Notes under the pieces: generated by a model
What the model was told of the DNA's origin: nothing
The model's input: only the letters and a program-made list of their open reading frames with translations
Database searches by the model: none
Made by a program: the position numbers and the translations under genes
Part shown: one piece after another, positions 15,618 to 29,211 of the stretch
Numbering within the stretch: the stretch's first letter is position 1
How the letters are laid out: each line of letters opens with the position of its first letter
Source: Chrysomallon squamiferum
Taxonomy: Eukaryota; Animalia; Mollusca
DNA length: 64,000 nt
Reading direction: 5' to 3'
NCBI GenBank assembly: GCA_012295275.1
Contig: CM022665.1
Span: 27,466,001-27,530,000 of the forward strand

Positions 15618-15912
15618 TAATAATAATAATAATAAATAAATAAATAAATAAAATAATAGAGAGGTTGATTTCTTGTTTTTGGTGGTGGTGGTGGGATTGT
15701 TTGTTTGTTTGTTCTTTTGTTAGCTTTATACGTGTATTTTTATACTCACTGGATGACATGTTTTTCCATTCTGGAGTTGTGTCTTCTTTCTTTTTATTCC
15801 AAATTGTGTAAATGACATAACCTAATAAATTCCATGATAAAAATATATAAGCAATGTTGCTATATTTCTTCCAACCAGACTTTGCGGGATCTCCAAATCT
15901 GTAACGTCTCAT
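15275..15912 (-). CDS. Small (89 aa) single-pass membrane protein of unknown function
   Basis: Exons 15750-15912 and 15275-15381 (GTGAGT donor, TTTCAG acceptor, phase 1) give MRRYRFGDPAKSGWKKYSNIAYIFLSWNLLGYVIYTIWNKKKEDTTPEWKNMSSTDKYLSMMTLSKNVERVKISGFKTVNNTDDSTSES*. A further 3'UTR intron is suggested by a donor after 15240 and an acceptor before 14990. Confidence 0.75.
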
Positions 15913-16334
15913 GTTTGTTAAAATTAAACTATTTGTGTTATACTAGTTAACATGATCTATGAATGAACCATGTTTTCTACATTTTATTAATGACCTCGGA
16001 AACATTAGACGAGAATTACGGTGATGGACAAAATTATTGCCTCACTTCAAAGTATCCGGACAGTATTATTTTCGACAAAAAAATAGACGATGTTAAGTTA
16101 CCTAATGCCACCAAAACATTTGTCATTTCGTTATATATATACCTACAAATATTTTACTTAAGGTTTTTTTCTGCACTTTTTCTTTATCTTCATAACACAT
16201 CAAAGTATTACTGGCCTTTTCTCTCTTAAGAACCAATTAAAAGTAACACCTGTTTGGTATTTCGCGGGAGAGGAAAAGAAATTTGTAAATAAGTGGAGGT
16301 TCATGTGTCAAATTATTTTCATTATACATTAACC
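15913..16334. promoter_or_regulatory. Bidirectional promoter between the small membrane protein gene and RNASEH2C
   Basis: Only 422 bp separate the divergent ATGs. An E2F-like TTTCGCGGGA lies at 16260-16269. Confidence 0.6.
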
Positions 16335-16617
16335 ATGACGTCGGTAATAGAAACAGATCCATATAGTATTTCAGATATAAAACACTGTCATCTCTTATCT
16401 TGTGAAGTAAAGTATAGCGGAGATGCAAATGTTGAAGATTACTTTCAGTCTTCCATTAGAAACGACGATGAAGGTAATTGTCAACTTAATCATTCATAGA
16501 CAACATTGAACTTTCATTACAAGTCCTTACCTACGCCAGTAATATTTATGAATAACATTCACATTAACATTAAGAATATATGGTTAGGTCTAAATTGCCC
16601 ATTGTTATTACTGTCAT

Positions 16618-16709
<92 letters not shown>

Positions 16710-18281
16710 GTAAGTAAACAACAGACATTATCCGATTATGATTATTTTATATATAATAGAGTCTTGTATTAAGTTATAGTAGGTATGGACTTATGTTTAA
16801 TAAATATTACCAGAACTTGAATATTCAAACTGGATTGATTGTTTCTGCCAAACCTTAGTTTATATCAGAGGTCGGCATACTTTTTAGGCTATCGACCTCT
16901 TCGTGGAAGCCCATTTTCACACTTCGCCGCTCCCACCACCACCAAGCATGTAAAATAAACCAAATGTGAACATTATCACTAATAAACTTCTCCTCCATTA
17001 ACCTCTAGACATTTATAAGATCCTTTGGATAGTCCTACTTTGCCAACTCCTAGTTTATATGAAAATAATTTGACAATTTTTATGCATTTTATGATATTTA
17101 ATAATACATATTTTATTTATTTTTTTAAATATTTATACTAATGAATAGTGCGAATGAAAAACAGTAAACAAATGACTCTAAAATTATAATATATTTATTT
17201 GTCATTTTATTATTACAGCTTAAAATAGGTAAAAAAAATAAAATAATAATAACATAAAATAAAATTTAAAAAAATCAACATGAAAATGTAAAACTGGAAG
17301 TGGAAGAAGTATTTTTATGTGAGACACAATGGACTCCTTTATGTTATTCATATTTTTACAAATTAAATGTTTTGCAGGAAGACTGAAAGCAAGTATACGA
17401 GGCAGACCTGTAAATGGACAAGAAATTCAGCTTCCCAGTGGATATGCAGGTAATACTGATAGAATCAGCATTGAGCAAACTGGTTAACTGAGGACTAGAT
17501 TCACCTAGAAGAACCTTTTTTGCTGTTTTTTTTAAATTTACTTAAAAAGTTTTTAATGCATTAATAATACATTTTTGAAATACATGTAATGAATAATTTT
17601 AATATCAAATTAAAAAAAGAAAACAAACAAAATTAGAAATTTGCTGGTCCAAATGGATTAAATCCTTGTTAATTGTACTTTATCACATGATTTTTATTTT
17701 AGGAATTATTTTGAAAGAAAGAAAAGAGCAAGTGACAGAAGATGTGGATAGAGTATTGACTGCTACTCACAAGTTTGACAGGTTCACATACTGGAATCTA
17801 GATAAACTGCCCAGTGCTGATGATAAATTAGTGAAAGCATTACACTGGATCAGTATAGCTAAAGTGGTAAGATTTTTTGATTTTATTAAATATACCTGTT
17901 TTTTTTATTAATTAAAAATAGTCTGTGGATAAAAAGTTTAAGATTTAATAACCATAAATCTGTTAGATTTGCATTCATTTTTTTTTTTTTTGGTTCGTTT
18001 ATCTCTGTGAAATGACCAGAAAAATCAAAGCATTTCAGTTTTAGCATCTTTACAAGCTGATTTTATTGTTAATTGGAATCAATGTAAGAATCAGTACAAG
18101 CAGAAAATCACTTCAAAGTATAGAGTTAATTCATATCTCTTATGTAAACATTAAGAAAACTATCTTTTGTTTCTAAAAAAGTTACTTATTTTTACCTTTT
18201 TCACATTAAAATATTTCTCATTTTTAGCTCCACAGACCTGTTGATGAAGAGAGTAGTCAAAAAAGTGTGACTGGCAAATAA
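16335..18281 (+). CDS. RNASEH2C: Ribonuclease H2 subunit C (~142 aa)
   Basis: Exons 16335-16473, 17378-17449, 17703-17866 and 18228-18281 (429 nt, open). Motifs HLLSCEVKYSGDANVEDYF, ASIRGRPVNGQEIQLPSGYAG and FDRFTYWNLDKLPSADD..KALHWISIAKVLH are diagnostic of RNase H2C/Rnh203. Confidence 0.93.
16866..17052. mobile_element. hAT-type MITE (187 bp) in RNASEH2C intron 1
   Basis: Imperfect TIRs CAGAGGTCGGCA / TGCCAACTCCTA, flanked by a perfect 8-bp duplication GTTTATAT (16858-16865 and 17053-17060). Confidence 0.8.
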
Positions 18282-20315
18282 AACAATCAACATAGACTTC
18301 GAAACATGAACTGAATCAGTTTTTTGTGACAGTTGCTACAGAGAAGATATGATTTACAAAATGGACACAGGATCAGCATCTACCAGTTACATTTTGCAGA
18401 TTTTCATTCATTGCATATTGACAAAAACTTAAGAAGCTGGTCTTGTTGTTGAATTAAACAGACAGTTTTTAATAAAATCTGATATTTGTAGTTTCAGTTG
18501 TCCAGTTCTAATTAAGCTTTATGTAATTGAATAAATTTGATTCAAAAGATTTTGTTCAATTTTTTTAAATGCTTCCCTTTTTTCATCATACCCATACTGT
18601 TTTTCACTGCTGCTTTAATTCTTATAACAGATTATAAAGTCAATACTTTTGAACATTAGTATCTAATTAACATGCAGTGATATATTAATTCATAATAAGC
18701 CTCTACAGAATTTTATTTTTATTTGCTTTTGTTAATAGACCAGAATATTTTTATTCCAAGCAATTATTTTGGACATAGAAAACATGAAATAATGTGCTTC
18801 TTTAGTAAATGTCAGTAATAGTTTGGTATTATCTTCTGCCAAACAGCAGAGTAATCAGATCATTAAAACAAACACATGGTGGTAATGTACCAGTTTATTA
18901 TATTACTCATTTTGCACTATGCTGAACATTCATTATGCAGAAATGAAAATACGTATTATGATAAAATTCTCAGTTTACGTATGAATGATGAAGAACATTT
19001 TGTGCAATAGGAAGATGAATAATTATTGTTAACTGTTTTATCACAAAAATGATAATCCATTTTGATTTGTTATTTTTGTATTTATTGGACGGCATGAACC
19101 AAAATGGATAAATCAGGAAATTAATCCATACAAATAAACGCTCTTGGAACAAGCAGAAATGAATACTGAGTTTAACACTAATATTTCACAGGTACAAAAC
19201 TACATGTTTAAAGAATTATGATTTTTGAAGTAACAGTGTATCATAAGACAATTAACCATGTTTCTTTTCTGTAAAACATATTGATAATTAGCTTAGATTT
19301 AACTTTTTTAAAGTTGTAATAATAAAATTTGGTATTTAAATAGAAATTAGAAAAGGGAAAAAAAAATTATAAAAATTGTTAGTATTAATGTATATAAAAT
19401 AAAGAGTTGTAAAATGCTTCATTATACAAAGTGATATTTAAAAAAAAAAAAAAAAAAAATAATTTTAATTATACACATACCCAGAAAGTTATGATTATTG
19501 TTAAAACGTTTGATTTGATCAGTTTTCAATTATTACTGCATAATTGATAAAAGTTTAATTAAAACACAAATTAAAAAAAATAATAATAAAAAATAAAAAA
19601 TTAAAACAAATACTGTTTTACTTAATGGTATTTCAAGGCACTTGATTTATCCCCAATAAAATTATTTAACTGGAATATCCTTTTTTCTTTTTTATATTTC
19701 AACTTCTTAGGGAATTTCTATTGCTAAAAAATAACACTAGATTGTTCAAGTGCCATATTCACAAGAATGGCAGTGCAGTTTATTATGTATCTTGAAACAC
19801 AGTATGTTTAAAAAACAAAAAGACACATGTTGACAACAATCCAGTGGAGAATGATCAACTGCAAGTGATTCTGAATCAGTGCTAAACCTCACCCTAAGAG
19901 CTAAAACCATTGCAAATCTGCAACGTTATTTATTACATTTTTAAATGTATTGATTTGCCAAGAAAAAAACAATGAACTTTGTTGTTTCTTCACCCCTTTT
20001 TTTTTTTTTTATCATAATTATTTCTATACATGCAGGGTGGAAAGATAGTGTATTTAAAATTTAAACAATAACAATTTAAGATTACTGATTAATTTTTTTT
20101 TTTTTTTTTTTACAGTTAACAGGTGCACTGTAATTGCTTTCAGTACACTCATCAACAATTTTTATCTTGTGCAATGTTACTTAAAAGTAAAACAAAGAAC
20201 ATGCATATAAAAGAACAGGCTAGTTGTTGGCACTAAATCATTTCTTTTCCTGCCTGTCTCAAGTTATTTTGAGTGCTGAATTTATCACAGATAACTTAGG
20301 ATATTTCAATAATAG

Positions 20316-23300
20316 TCAAGTCTCCTGCTCCAAAGACATTTCCAAGGCCTTCTTCAACATTTCTTCCTCACTTAATTCTTTAAAAAAATAAAAGAATAAT
20401 AACTAAAATTATATTAACTAACAAAGATGCTCTAGTTTAATAAAAACTGAACTCTTTTTGTATACCACCATGCTACTGTTTTGTAGTTCAAATAAATTAT
20501 ATAGTTTAGGTTAAGAATAAAGATTAAGACTTACTTATGAAATAAAATGTTATTCTCAGACATTTAGCTTTACTTTTCTAAACTGTATCAAAATATTGTT
20601 TTTAACTGCAGTATAATGAGTATTAGTTTGAAGCATTTATTGTTAATGAAACTCTAAATTTTATCTTAATCACAACCATATGCTTTATAATAAAAAAAAA
20701 AAAAAAAAGATTGTTCTATAATTAAATTTCTAATTATGCTCATAACTGTCATACAGATTGAAGTTCCCAAAGTTGGCATTCTGAAACTTGGCCTGATCTG
20801 ACCAAAATCTCAATACTCGGCAGCAGTCTCACTACCCAGCATTATTTCACCAATATACTATGATGTGGCATTGCATTCACCACCCAGTATTTTTGTGCCA
20901 GTTTTACAAAGTGCTTTTTACTGTAGATCTGTGACTTGTCATCTTTTGGAACATTTGTAGACATTATTACACTGTTTAGCTGTGATATTATGCAACCCCA
21001 AACACACAGCGCCAACCCCTTAATGGCACAGTGAAGAAAAGAAGAACAAATTGTTGAGTATAACAGAAACAATATATCTTTTCATGAGGTTAGACTCATG
21101 AACACAAGCACACATGCTCTGTTGACTATTTGGTGTTGGCACTTAGACTGTGTACAACCTTAATGAATGTACAGTATCCAGTATATTAACATTTCAAAAG
21201 TCCCACACAGTCCCAAAGATGCCAAGTTTGGGAACTTCAACCAGTTTGAACAAACATGATTTCCCTACTCACCTTCATTTTCTGGTGAATCATCTTTTAT
21301 AATTTTTAATGTGTTTTCTTGAGCTGTGGATCGTAATTCACTGGGACTATTGGAAGCATTGTTCTCTAGTTTGCTAAGAAAAGCTAAACGTTTTTCCCTG
21401 ATCTCTTTCTGACTGGGACTTTTAGTGTTGGATGAACTAGTACCTGCGGTGTCTGAAGAACTGCTGTTTCCCTGCTTATCCAAATAATATCCTGAATAAA
21501 ATCAAATATTTTGGGTTATTTCAATTATATATTCGAGCACTTGCAAACAGTATGGATTACTTTTAACCTGATATTAAATGTTAGAAGGAATGTGTTAGAA
21601 GGTAAAGAGAAGAAACAAAAAGAAAAAACCCCATAATTTGGTGATTTAGAAACATGATTGAATTTTACGACACAGATGTATATACACACACACAGACATA
21701 TTTTTCTGTAACTAAGAAACAAATAGACTTCTAAATGAATGTGAAATATTACAAAAATCAGGATTATTTACCAACATGTAGTTTTCTTTCTCATTTGTTT
21801 TAAGGGAACACACTAGGTGAAAAATGACCAAAATTGAATAAACAAAAGTCTTTTTTAGTTTTTGACATAACCCTGTTTAGAAAATATAGATAAAAAAATT
21901 AACTTTTTCAGATAAAAGTTTCAGATTTTTTGCGAAAGGAAGAGCATATTCACAGATTGCACACTAATAATGCATAACATCATCCTATAGCCACAGTAAG
22001 TAGAATTATAGTTTATAAAAAAAAAATATAAAAAAAAAATATTTTTAGGAATATACTGCATGAAAACTGTTTGTGCTAGAGTTTCCAAATTTGGAATATA
22101 TATATATACTGTTCTTGATATATAACCTTTATCTAACTTTCTGTTGTTTTAAAATATGAATGAAAAACAATTTTTAATTTTTTTTTATTATTTCTTTTTA
22201 AGTATGTAAACAAAGACTAATTTCTTTCTGTTATTCTGTAGAAATACTTGTTTATAATGAACCGCAGCAGTTTGAATAATACATATATATTGGTTTGGGT
22301 TGGAGAGGTTCATGAAATGGGGTACTATAATATTTAAAAAAGCCCAAAATAACCATCTGTCATAAAAAAAAATAAACTAGTTTTTTAAGGTAACAAAATG
22401 GGATTATTTCCATCAAATTTCAATTCTGTAACATAAAACATAACAATTTTTTATTTTCGCCACACATGTCACCTTAAAATACTGGACTAATACATCTCCA
22501 ATTTACACTTCAAGCCTTGGTTTTGCAAAATGCTGTCTTTTGTTTTTCATGTGAGGAAAGAGATCAGTACCACTTATCAAACACAAGTAATCTAAATGTG
22601 CTGGCATGGAACTAGAAATAAGCTGCTTAAGCAAACAAAACACAAATTTGTCATACATTTTTAAAAGATGCCTCTCCTTCCCTTTAACATATGCAAATTT
22701 AAGTTTTTGTTTACAGGAAAGCTACAATTATTTATATAGTCTCCACCTTCCATGCTCAGTTGAAGAGCTTTTTGTAGACTGGCATCCTCATTCTCTACGT
22801 ATCTTCGGCTCTCATCTTTTATAGTTTTTAACTGTGGGTCATTATCCTCAGGTTCCATTTCATCAATTTCACTGATGAGGGTGGGCTTAGTTAATTGAAC
22901 AGCAGGCATAATTTTCAACAGTTGATCAGCATCGCAGTCAGGCAACTCTCCAAGTACAATAAATATTGAATAACCTGAAAATAACAATTTTAAAATACCA
23001 GTACATACTTTAATAACATGTTAAATGTTTTTACCTTCTAATTTAATTTGATAGTAGTCTTAATTTTTTCTGCACATAAATGCATATCAAATGCCTAAAC
23101 TGGAAGAATTTATCCAAAATACAGAAATAATTTTTAAAATTGAAATAACTGTAAATGAAGGAATTTGAAAATGAAGTAATTTCTTCCTATGTCTAGAAAT
23201 TACTGAAACACTGTACATTTTTGCAAAGTTCCTATGAAAACAGTGGCAATGAGCTGCACTATTAAGCAAAAATCTTGATTTTTACTGAAAAACAAAAGAA

Positions 23301-25924
23301 TTAGAAAAAAGTACAGTAATAATAAGAAATAATATTAAAATATTTCTGTACCTTCTTGTTGAAGTTGTGTTATGAACAGTGAAAGGTATGTGTCAGATAT
23401 CAGTTCTGGTCCTGAAAGCAGTGAATTAAGATTAAACCACTGATGTCCCAATTGCCTGATTGTAAACCAGTGTTGCCTGAAGTTGCATATATAGGCTGAT
23501 TGTTGTCTGAAAAGCAAATAAGATAAATTTGTTTGTTTTACAAATATATTACAAATGATGATCATTTTACCTTTTTAAAATATTTGTTTAGAAAGGAAAT
23601 TTATGTTTACAAACAGTGACATAATGACAAAATATATGAATACTTTCAGTTATGCAAAATATGAAATAAAAATAAATAAATGAAGGTAATAATTTACAAA
23701 CAGTTACCACACTCTTAAGAGCAAACTAAAAACAGGATAGAATTGACCAAAATCCGAAGTTAAGGAACTATGGTGAATTTATTATCTGAAATTGTCATGC
23801 TATGGATAAATTTCAAAATTCAGTTTTTAAAAGATAAGCATTTCATTGCTGAATCACATTCACTGTACATACGTTTTACTTAATCATAAAGTCATATTAA
23901 TGAATTACGTCGGATCTTGGCGGCTCTGTTCAGCTATATCATTTTGACTGTTGTACTGTAGTAATTCCAAATTCCACACTCTCAATGCTTCAGTAATCAC
24001 TTGAATAGAGAAGAAGCCACTGTCATCAAAGTTACTTGATGGTTGCTGAAAATTAGTAATATTTATATATATTGAAAAGTCAGGTGCATTATATAAACTT
24101 AATCACATCAATGCTTAGCTTAAGAAAGAATAATATACTATGTAAATAGAAGACAAATAAATGAAATATTTATTTTGATGAAAAGGGAACCAACCTGTTT
24201 TTAGTAAAAGGTATCTTTTTGTATCATTCATTGCTTCAAAGACATTTTTAATTTTTTAATAAAAGTTTGGAGAAGGAAAAAAATATAATTAAACAGGATT
24301 TTGTAACAAACAAATAATTAGTAATACTTAATAATATAATTATTTCTTCATCAACACATCAGTAAATTTCAGTGTTGTTAGTTATTAGTGTCAAGTATGT
24401 TTTTTATCAGTATGACAACAAGAAATCTCCTGTTTGTTGACTATTCATATCTGAAATTAGCACCAGAATTAGAAGCAGTGATTTATTTTACAAGTACACT
24501 TTCTGTAGTCAGGATAAATACATTATATGGTATTGGTTGGAACTGTAAAAGTTAAGGTATATGGGTTGATCCTGTTTCTTCTCAATGAAAGTATCAAAGC
24601 CAATATCAGAAATACAACCCAGTTAAACAGTTCTAAAATACCTGAATAAAATACTGATATTCATGTGTAAGTATTCCTCCTTCAGAGCGCAATGCCCGTT
24701 CTCGTTCATCCAGTCTTTGTGCTATTTGTGCCAAATCTACTGCAGAAAAATATGGCCCTTGAAGCAAGGCATTTAAACAATGTTGCGCACAGAGAGAACC
24801 TTCTTGCTGAAATAACAATAACAATAATAACAACATGTATACCTTTCTAAAATATGTAACTGTCTTTTGTATTTAACCAGATTAGAAGCTCTTGGCAGAC
24901 ATAGTAGATTGCTGCTACTGCTGGACCCTATTGTGCTGAACATGCTTGAATCAATATTTTTTTTTATAATTTGATACCACTAGCCAGACCAAGTTGAAAC
25001 ATATAATTATCATGTGGGTTTTTTTTCTCTGTTCATGATGCAATGAAATCAATACAGGATCCTTTCTCCAAGTGCATAGGACTAGAAGCATTTTGGATTT
25101 CAAAATTGTTTGAATTTTTTAACATATGGTGATAGCCAAATAATAGGATCTAAAATGTTATATAAATAGTCTGCACGATTTTTTATGCAATATTTATCAT
25201 ACGTTTGTAGATATGTAAAACAGTTTGAAAACTATAAGATATCACTATTTCTGCAAGTCAGAAAAAGTTTCGAATTTCATATCGTACTACTCATTAGGTT
25301 TGTGGTTGATACATTTTTTAAATCAAAGACAAGTTTAAAAAAAAAAAAAAAAAAAAACAGTATCGTGTATGGATATTTATAAAAATTATAAAAAGGTGAA
25401 TATAATCAATGTAACAACACAATCAAATGAGTTGCAGATTTGTGATTGTCAACAGAAATGATTTTTAATTAGTGTTCACATATCAGAGAGAGAAGGAATT
25501 TTTTTTTATTTTTGTACAAAGTATTGTGTACATAATACTGTTCGAGTCGGTATTTTTCTGTGCTCCCAGCTCGATCAGACGACTCAGCAACTGTATTTAA
25601 AAATTTTAAATATATTATTATTAATATTATTGTTGTTTTTTATGCTGCTGCTGCTGTTATTGTTGTTGTTATAAATTTATTCTTCAAATTATCTCATTTA
25701 CGGTTTAACGAGATCTAAATAATTTCGTATAAATTTATAAAATAAAAATTGTGACAATTTTCTCAATTATTTAACCTATGATGTTTACATAATGATAATC
25801 GTGTAATCGCAACTAATATCTGTATGAACATCAACATTTTCTGCTGCAGAATATTCTTATTACTTTTTATTTCATTTTTTTTTAACGAAGAATAACTAAC
25901 CTTTTCGTGAAATATGACATCCAT
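20316..25924 (-). CDS. ATXN3: Ataxin-3 (Josephin deubiquitinase, ~329 aa)
   Basis: Exons 25901-25924, 24642-24806, 23909-24045, 23352-23506, 22747-22974, 21273-21491 and 20316-20377 total 990 nt and are open. MDVIFHEKQEGSLCAQHCLN (catalytic Cys), QHWFTIR (His), WFNLNS (Asn), UIMs EDASLQKALQLSME and SEEEMLKKALEMSLE, and a VCP-binding-like EIREKRLAFL. Confidence 0.97.
20754..21244. mobile_element. Inverted-repeat-bounded element (MITE-like, ~490 bp) in the last ATXN3 intron
   Basis: TTGAAGTTCCCAAAGTTGGCAT near 20758 is the near-perfect reverse complement of ATGCCAAGTTTGGGAACTTCAA near 21219-21240. No TSD is recognisable. Confidence 0.65.
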
Positions 25925-27618
25925 GTTAAACTTCGACAAAAACTGATCCTTAACTTATGTGCCCTTGTCAATATTCACAAAATAGAAGTTCCAGTCCCGT
26001 TAAATAATCACTGAGTATCAGTCGTTTGACTTCCATTGCCATCTGTTGGTAAATAAAACCAAGGAAAGACAACTCTTACAGTTACAATTAAAGTGTACAT
26101 TTTTTAAACAACAAACACCAACAGCAGCAGCAGCAACAACAACAATAACAAAAATACTTAAATAAACTTTTGCATTATTCATAGCAGCAAAATATTTGGC
26201 TAATAAAATTAACAATAAAATACTGTTATCAGGCAATTTTAATTTTTATGGAATTTTTTTTTTTTTTTTTAAAGTGATCGAATTGTAATCTGCACATAGT
26301 GCGTGTTATGCTGTGTCTGTGTGCATACACACATAGGTATATATGCTGTTACGTGTTATTGTTGCATGTTGTTGCGTATGTTCATGTGCGTGTTATCGTT
26401 GCGATTTGTATGGTGTATTTTATATTACATTTTTTATTGTGACGTTTGTGTTGGGTGTTGATGTTCTTTGTTTTTAAATGTATAGTATATTGTGTGTTTG
26501 GTGTTTGTGTTTTATGTTGTGGCTTTTTACACACCACATTGTGTTATGAGTTGTAGTTTGGATATTGTTTTAGCGTTGTGTTGTGTCTCGTCAACGGCAT
26601 TTATGAGGTCATAAATGGACTGTCTTCCACTGTCAGTGCACGTTGCAGAATATAAATCACACGTACATAAGACAACAGAACACACACGCATTGAAACTAT
26701 TTTTTTTCTCTCCACCTTCGATACGTTTTTAGTTTATTGGCTGAATGTAAACGAAAAGCATCGATTAATTAAATTACTATTACATATAATTGAATAAATC
26801 ATTCATTAGTGAACTGTTCCAATTAAAAGATATGACATTGTTATTAGTATCAATAAGTACAGACATGCGTTCTGTAATTACTTAATTTATTTATCTTTTC
26901 TGCATTAGCATTTGGTGACGCCTGCGCAAATTATAAATTGTTTTCAAAGTGTTCGAAAACAATAAAGATGTCTTTCATTGTTTGGTTTACATAAATTGTA
27001 TATGCGTCAAAAGCAAGGTCCGCCAATAACACCGTTTTCACATCCCAGTTAAAACAGTTCAACAAAACTTTCTCTGAATTCCCTTTGCAAAATTATGTGT
27101 TGTTTTTCTGTATAATTTTGGTTGAATAATAGCGCTACACAATCGATTATATCCGATATGCATACATTGTTCCTTTTTGGAGAAAAAAGAAAAGAAAAAG
27201 ATTTTACTAACTTCATACAAATGTTCAATTAAAGAACATCGGAATTTTATCGGTGTTTTGCAAATTAGAAGACAATATTATTTATGATAACATAGACAAG
27301 GTATTTCTCTGCAGCCATGTTTTAAAAATTTTTGAAAAATGTTGAAGTTATGATTGTTTATCTGAATTTCATCGTCTTCGGGTCTTCCTTTCTTTTCAAG
27401 TTACATGTAAAAACAGAAGAAATTAATTGTTATAGTTGGCTGCTATTAATTAGTCATGAAATATTTAGTACAAATGTGAGGATACTGATTCTAGTAGCAC
27501 TGGAATGGTCTTTCCAGTAATAACAAATTTATCACGTTTTCAGTAATAATAATAATAATAAAATGAACATTATTCATATACATTATGGGTATTAAACTGT
27601 AAATTGATAATTCAGTAA

Positions 27619-27659
<41 letters not shown>

Positions 27660-27660
27660 A

Positions 27661-27694
<34 letters not shown>

Positions 27695-28097
27695 ATTATT
27701 ATTATAACAATGAAACATTATTCTCTCTGTGCGTTATAGATTTGTTCATTTATTGCAATTTCATCTACAAAAGGCATTTCCATTATTTTGAAAGTATTGT
27801 TGTTACTGCAACAACAACAGATAATATTTAACAAATATAGAATAATAAATTGAGTGACAAGGGTCGGAATTCATCTTTCCTATAATCACACTGTTATTAC
27901 ATGAGTGACACCTATTCGTGAAATAATTAGATATTCATGCATAGGTAACCTAAAAAAAACAAAAAAAAACAACAACAAAAAAACAATCAAACAAAACAAG
28001 TGAAAGTACTATTACAGCACCGGATAGTCTCCCTTCAAAAAAGCTTTCACCGTGAGAGAAACCGAAACGGCATTCGGAAACAAGAAAGTTGAAAACA

Positions 28098-28509
28098 ATG
28101 CCGTTTGATTTTCTGCTTCTTGATATTCAATTGCTTGTCCAGTGCCTCCTCTACCTGACACTTGTGGTTACTGGTTTTGTGATTTCGATTCCACTGGGTG
28201 TTACCACGGTAAACATAGCTGTCATTTCTTAATTGTTGAGTTCTGCACCTATTTTTGTTGCGGTTGGCAACGCCCACTGTTTGTCATATTTTTCGGAGTT
28301 TCATTGTTGTTGATTAAGCGTTTTGACCTTGAAAAAAACAGTTATCACTAGCTTCACTTGTCAAACTCTTTAGCAGTAATTTTGGATGAATCTTTTAAAA
28401 CCTGATTAATATAAAATTTAATAAATAAAATGTATTATGCAATATTAAATGCTGACAAGTACATACTTAATAAAGTGTATATTTATATATACGATTGCAT
28501 ATGTTCTCT

Positions 28510-28591
<82 letters not shown>

Positions 28592-29136
28592 TGTGCAACT
28601 ATTCCATGTTGTCCTCCAGTTAAAAAATAAAATTGGGAAAAATAATTACATATGTCTCTCACCAAACAATGTTCATGTATGTATGTATTTTTATTTAACT
28701 ATTCCAGATGATGATACATTGTGGTATAATAAAACATATATTGTCATAAAACTGTTAAAATGATATCATTAAATATAATAATGCAACATTTCAGATCAAT
28801 TTTGATGGACACTGCATACTGTATGGTGAAATAAACTGGAAGAATGAATCATATTTCACTTTCAAACTCTCTGGCTCTAATACAGACTGTAATATTGCAA
28901 TTTACTTTGCTGTCTTTGCCTGTATTTTCTATTGTTTGGCAATGTCAATATACTATGGCTATGCAATTACAAGGAAAGATCCAAATATTGGGTAAGTCCC
29001 ATTGGCAAATTCATATATTTTTATGACATTTGGGTGGAGATGCTAATTAGTGTAAATAGAATTATGTGATGAAACAAAAAAGAATGTTAGTGCATTATGC
29101 CAAGACTTAACGTAAATGATTTAATTATCATTTCGG

Positions 29137-29211
<75 letters not shown>

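Noticed and set aside
26598-26615. Perfect short hairpin core ATTTATGA-GG-TCATAAAT and the surrounding 62-aa minus-strand ORF
   Set aside because: The stem is short and AT-rich, expected by chance. There is no recognisable domain or consistent splice sites.
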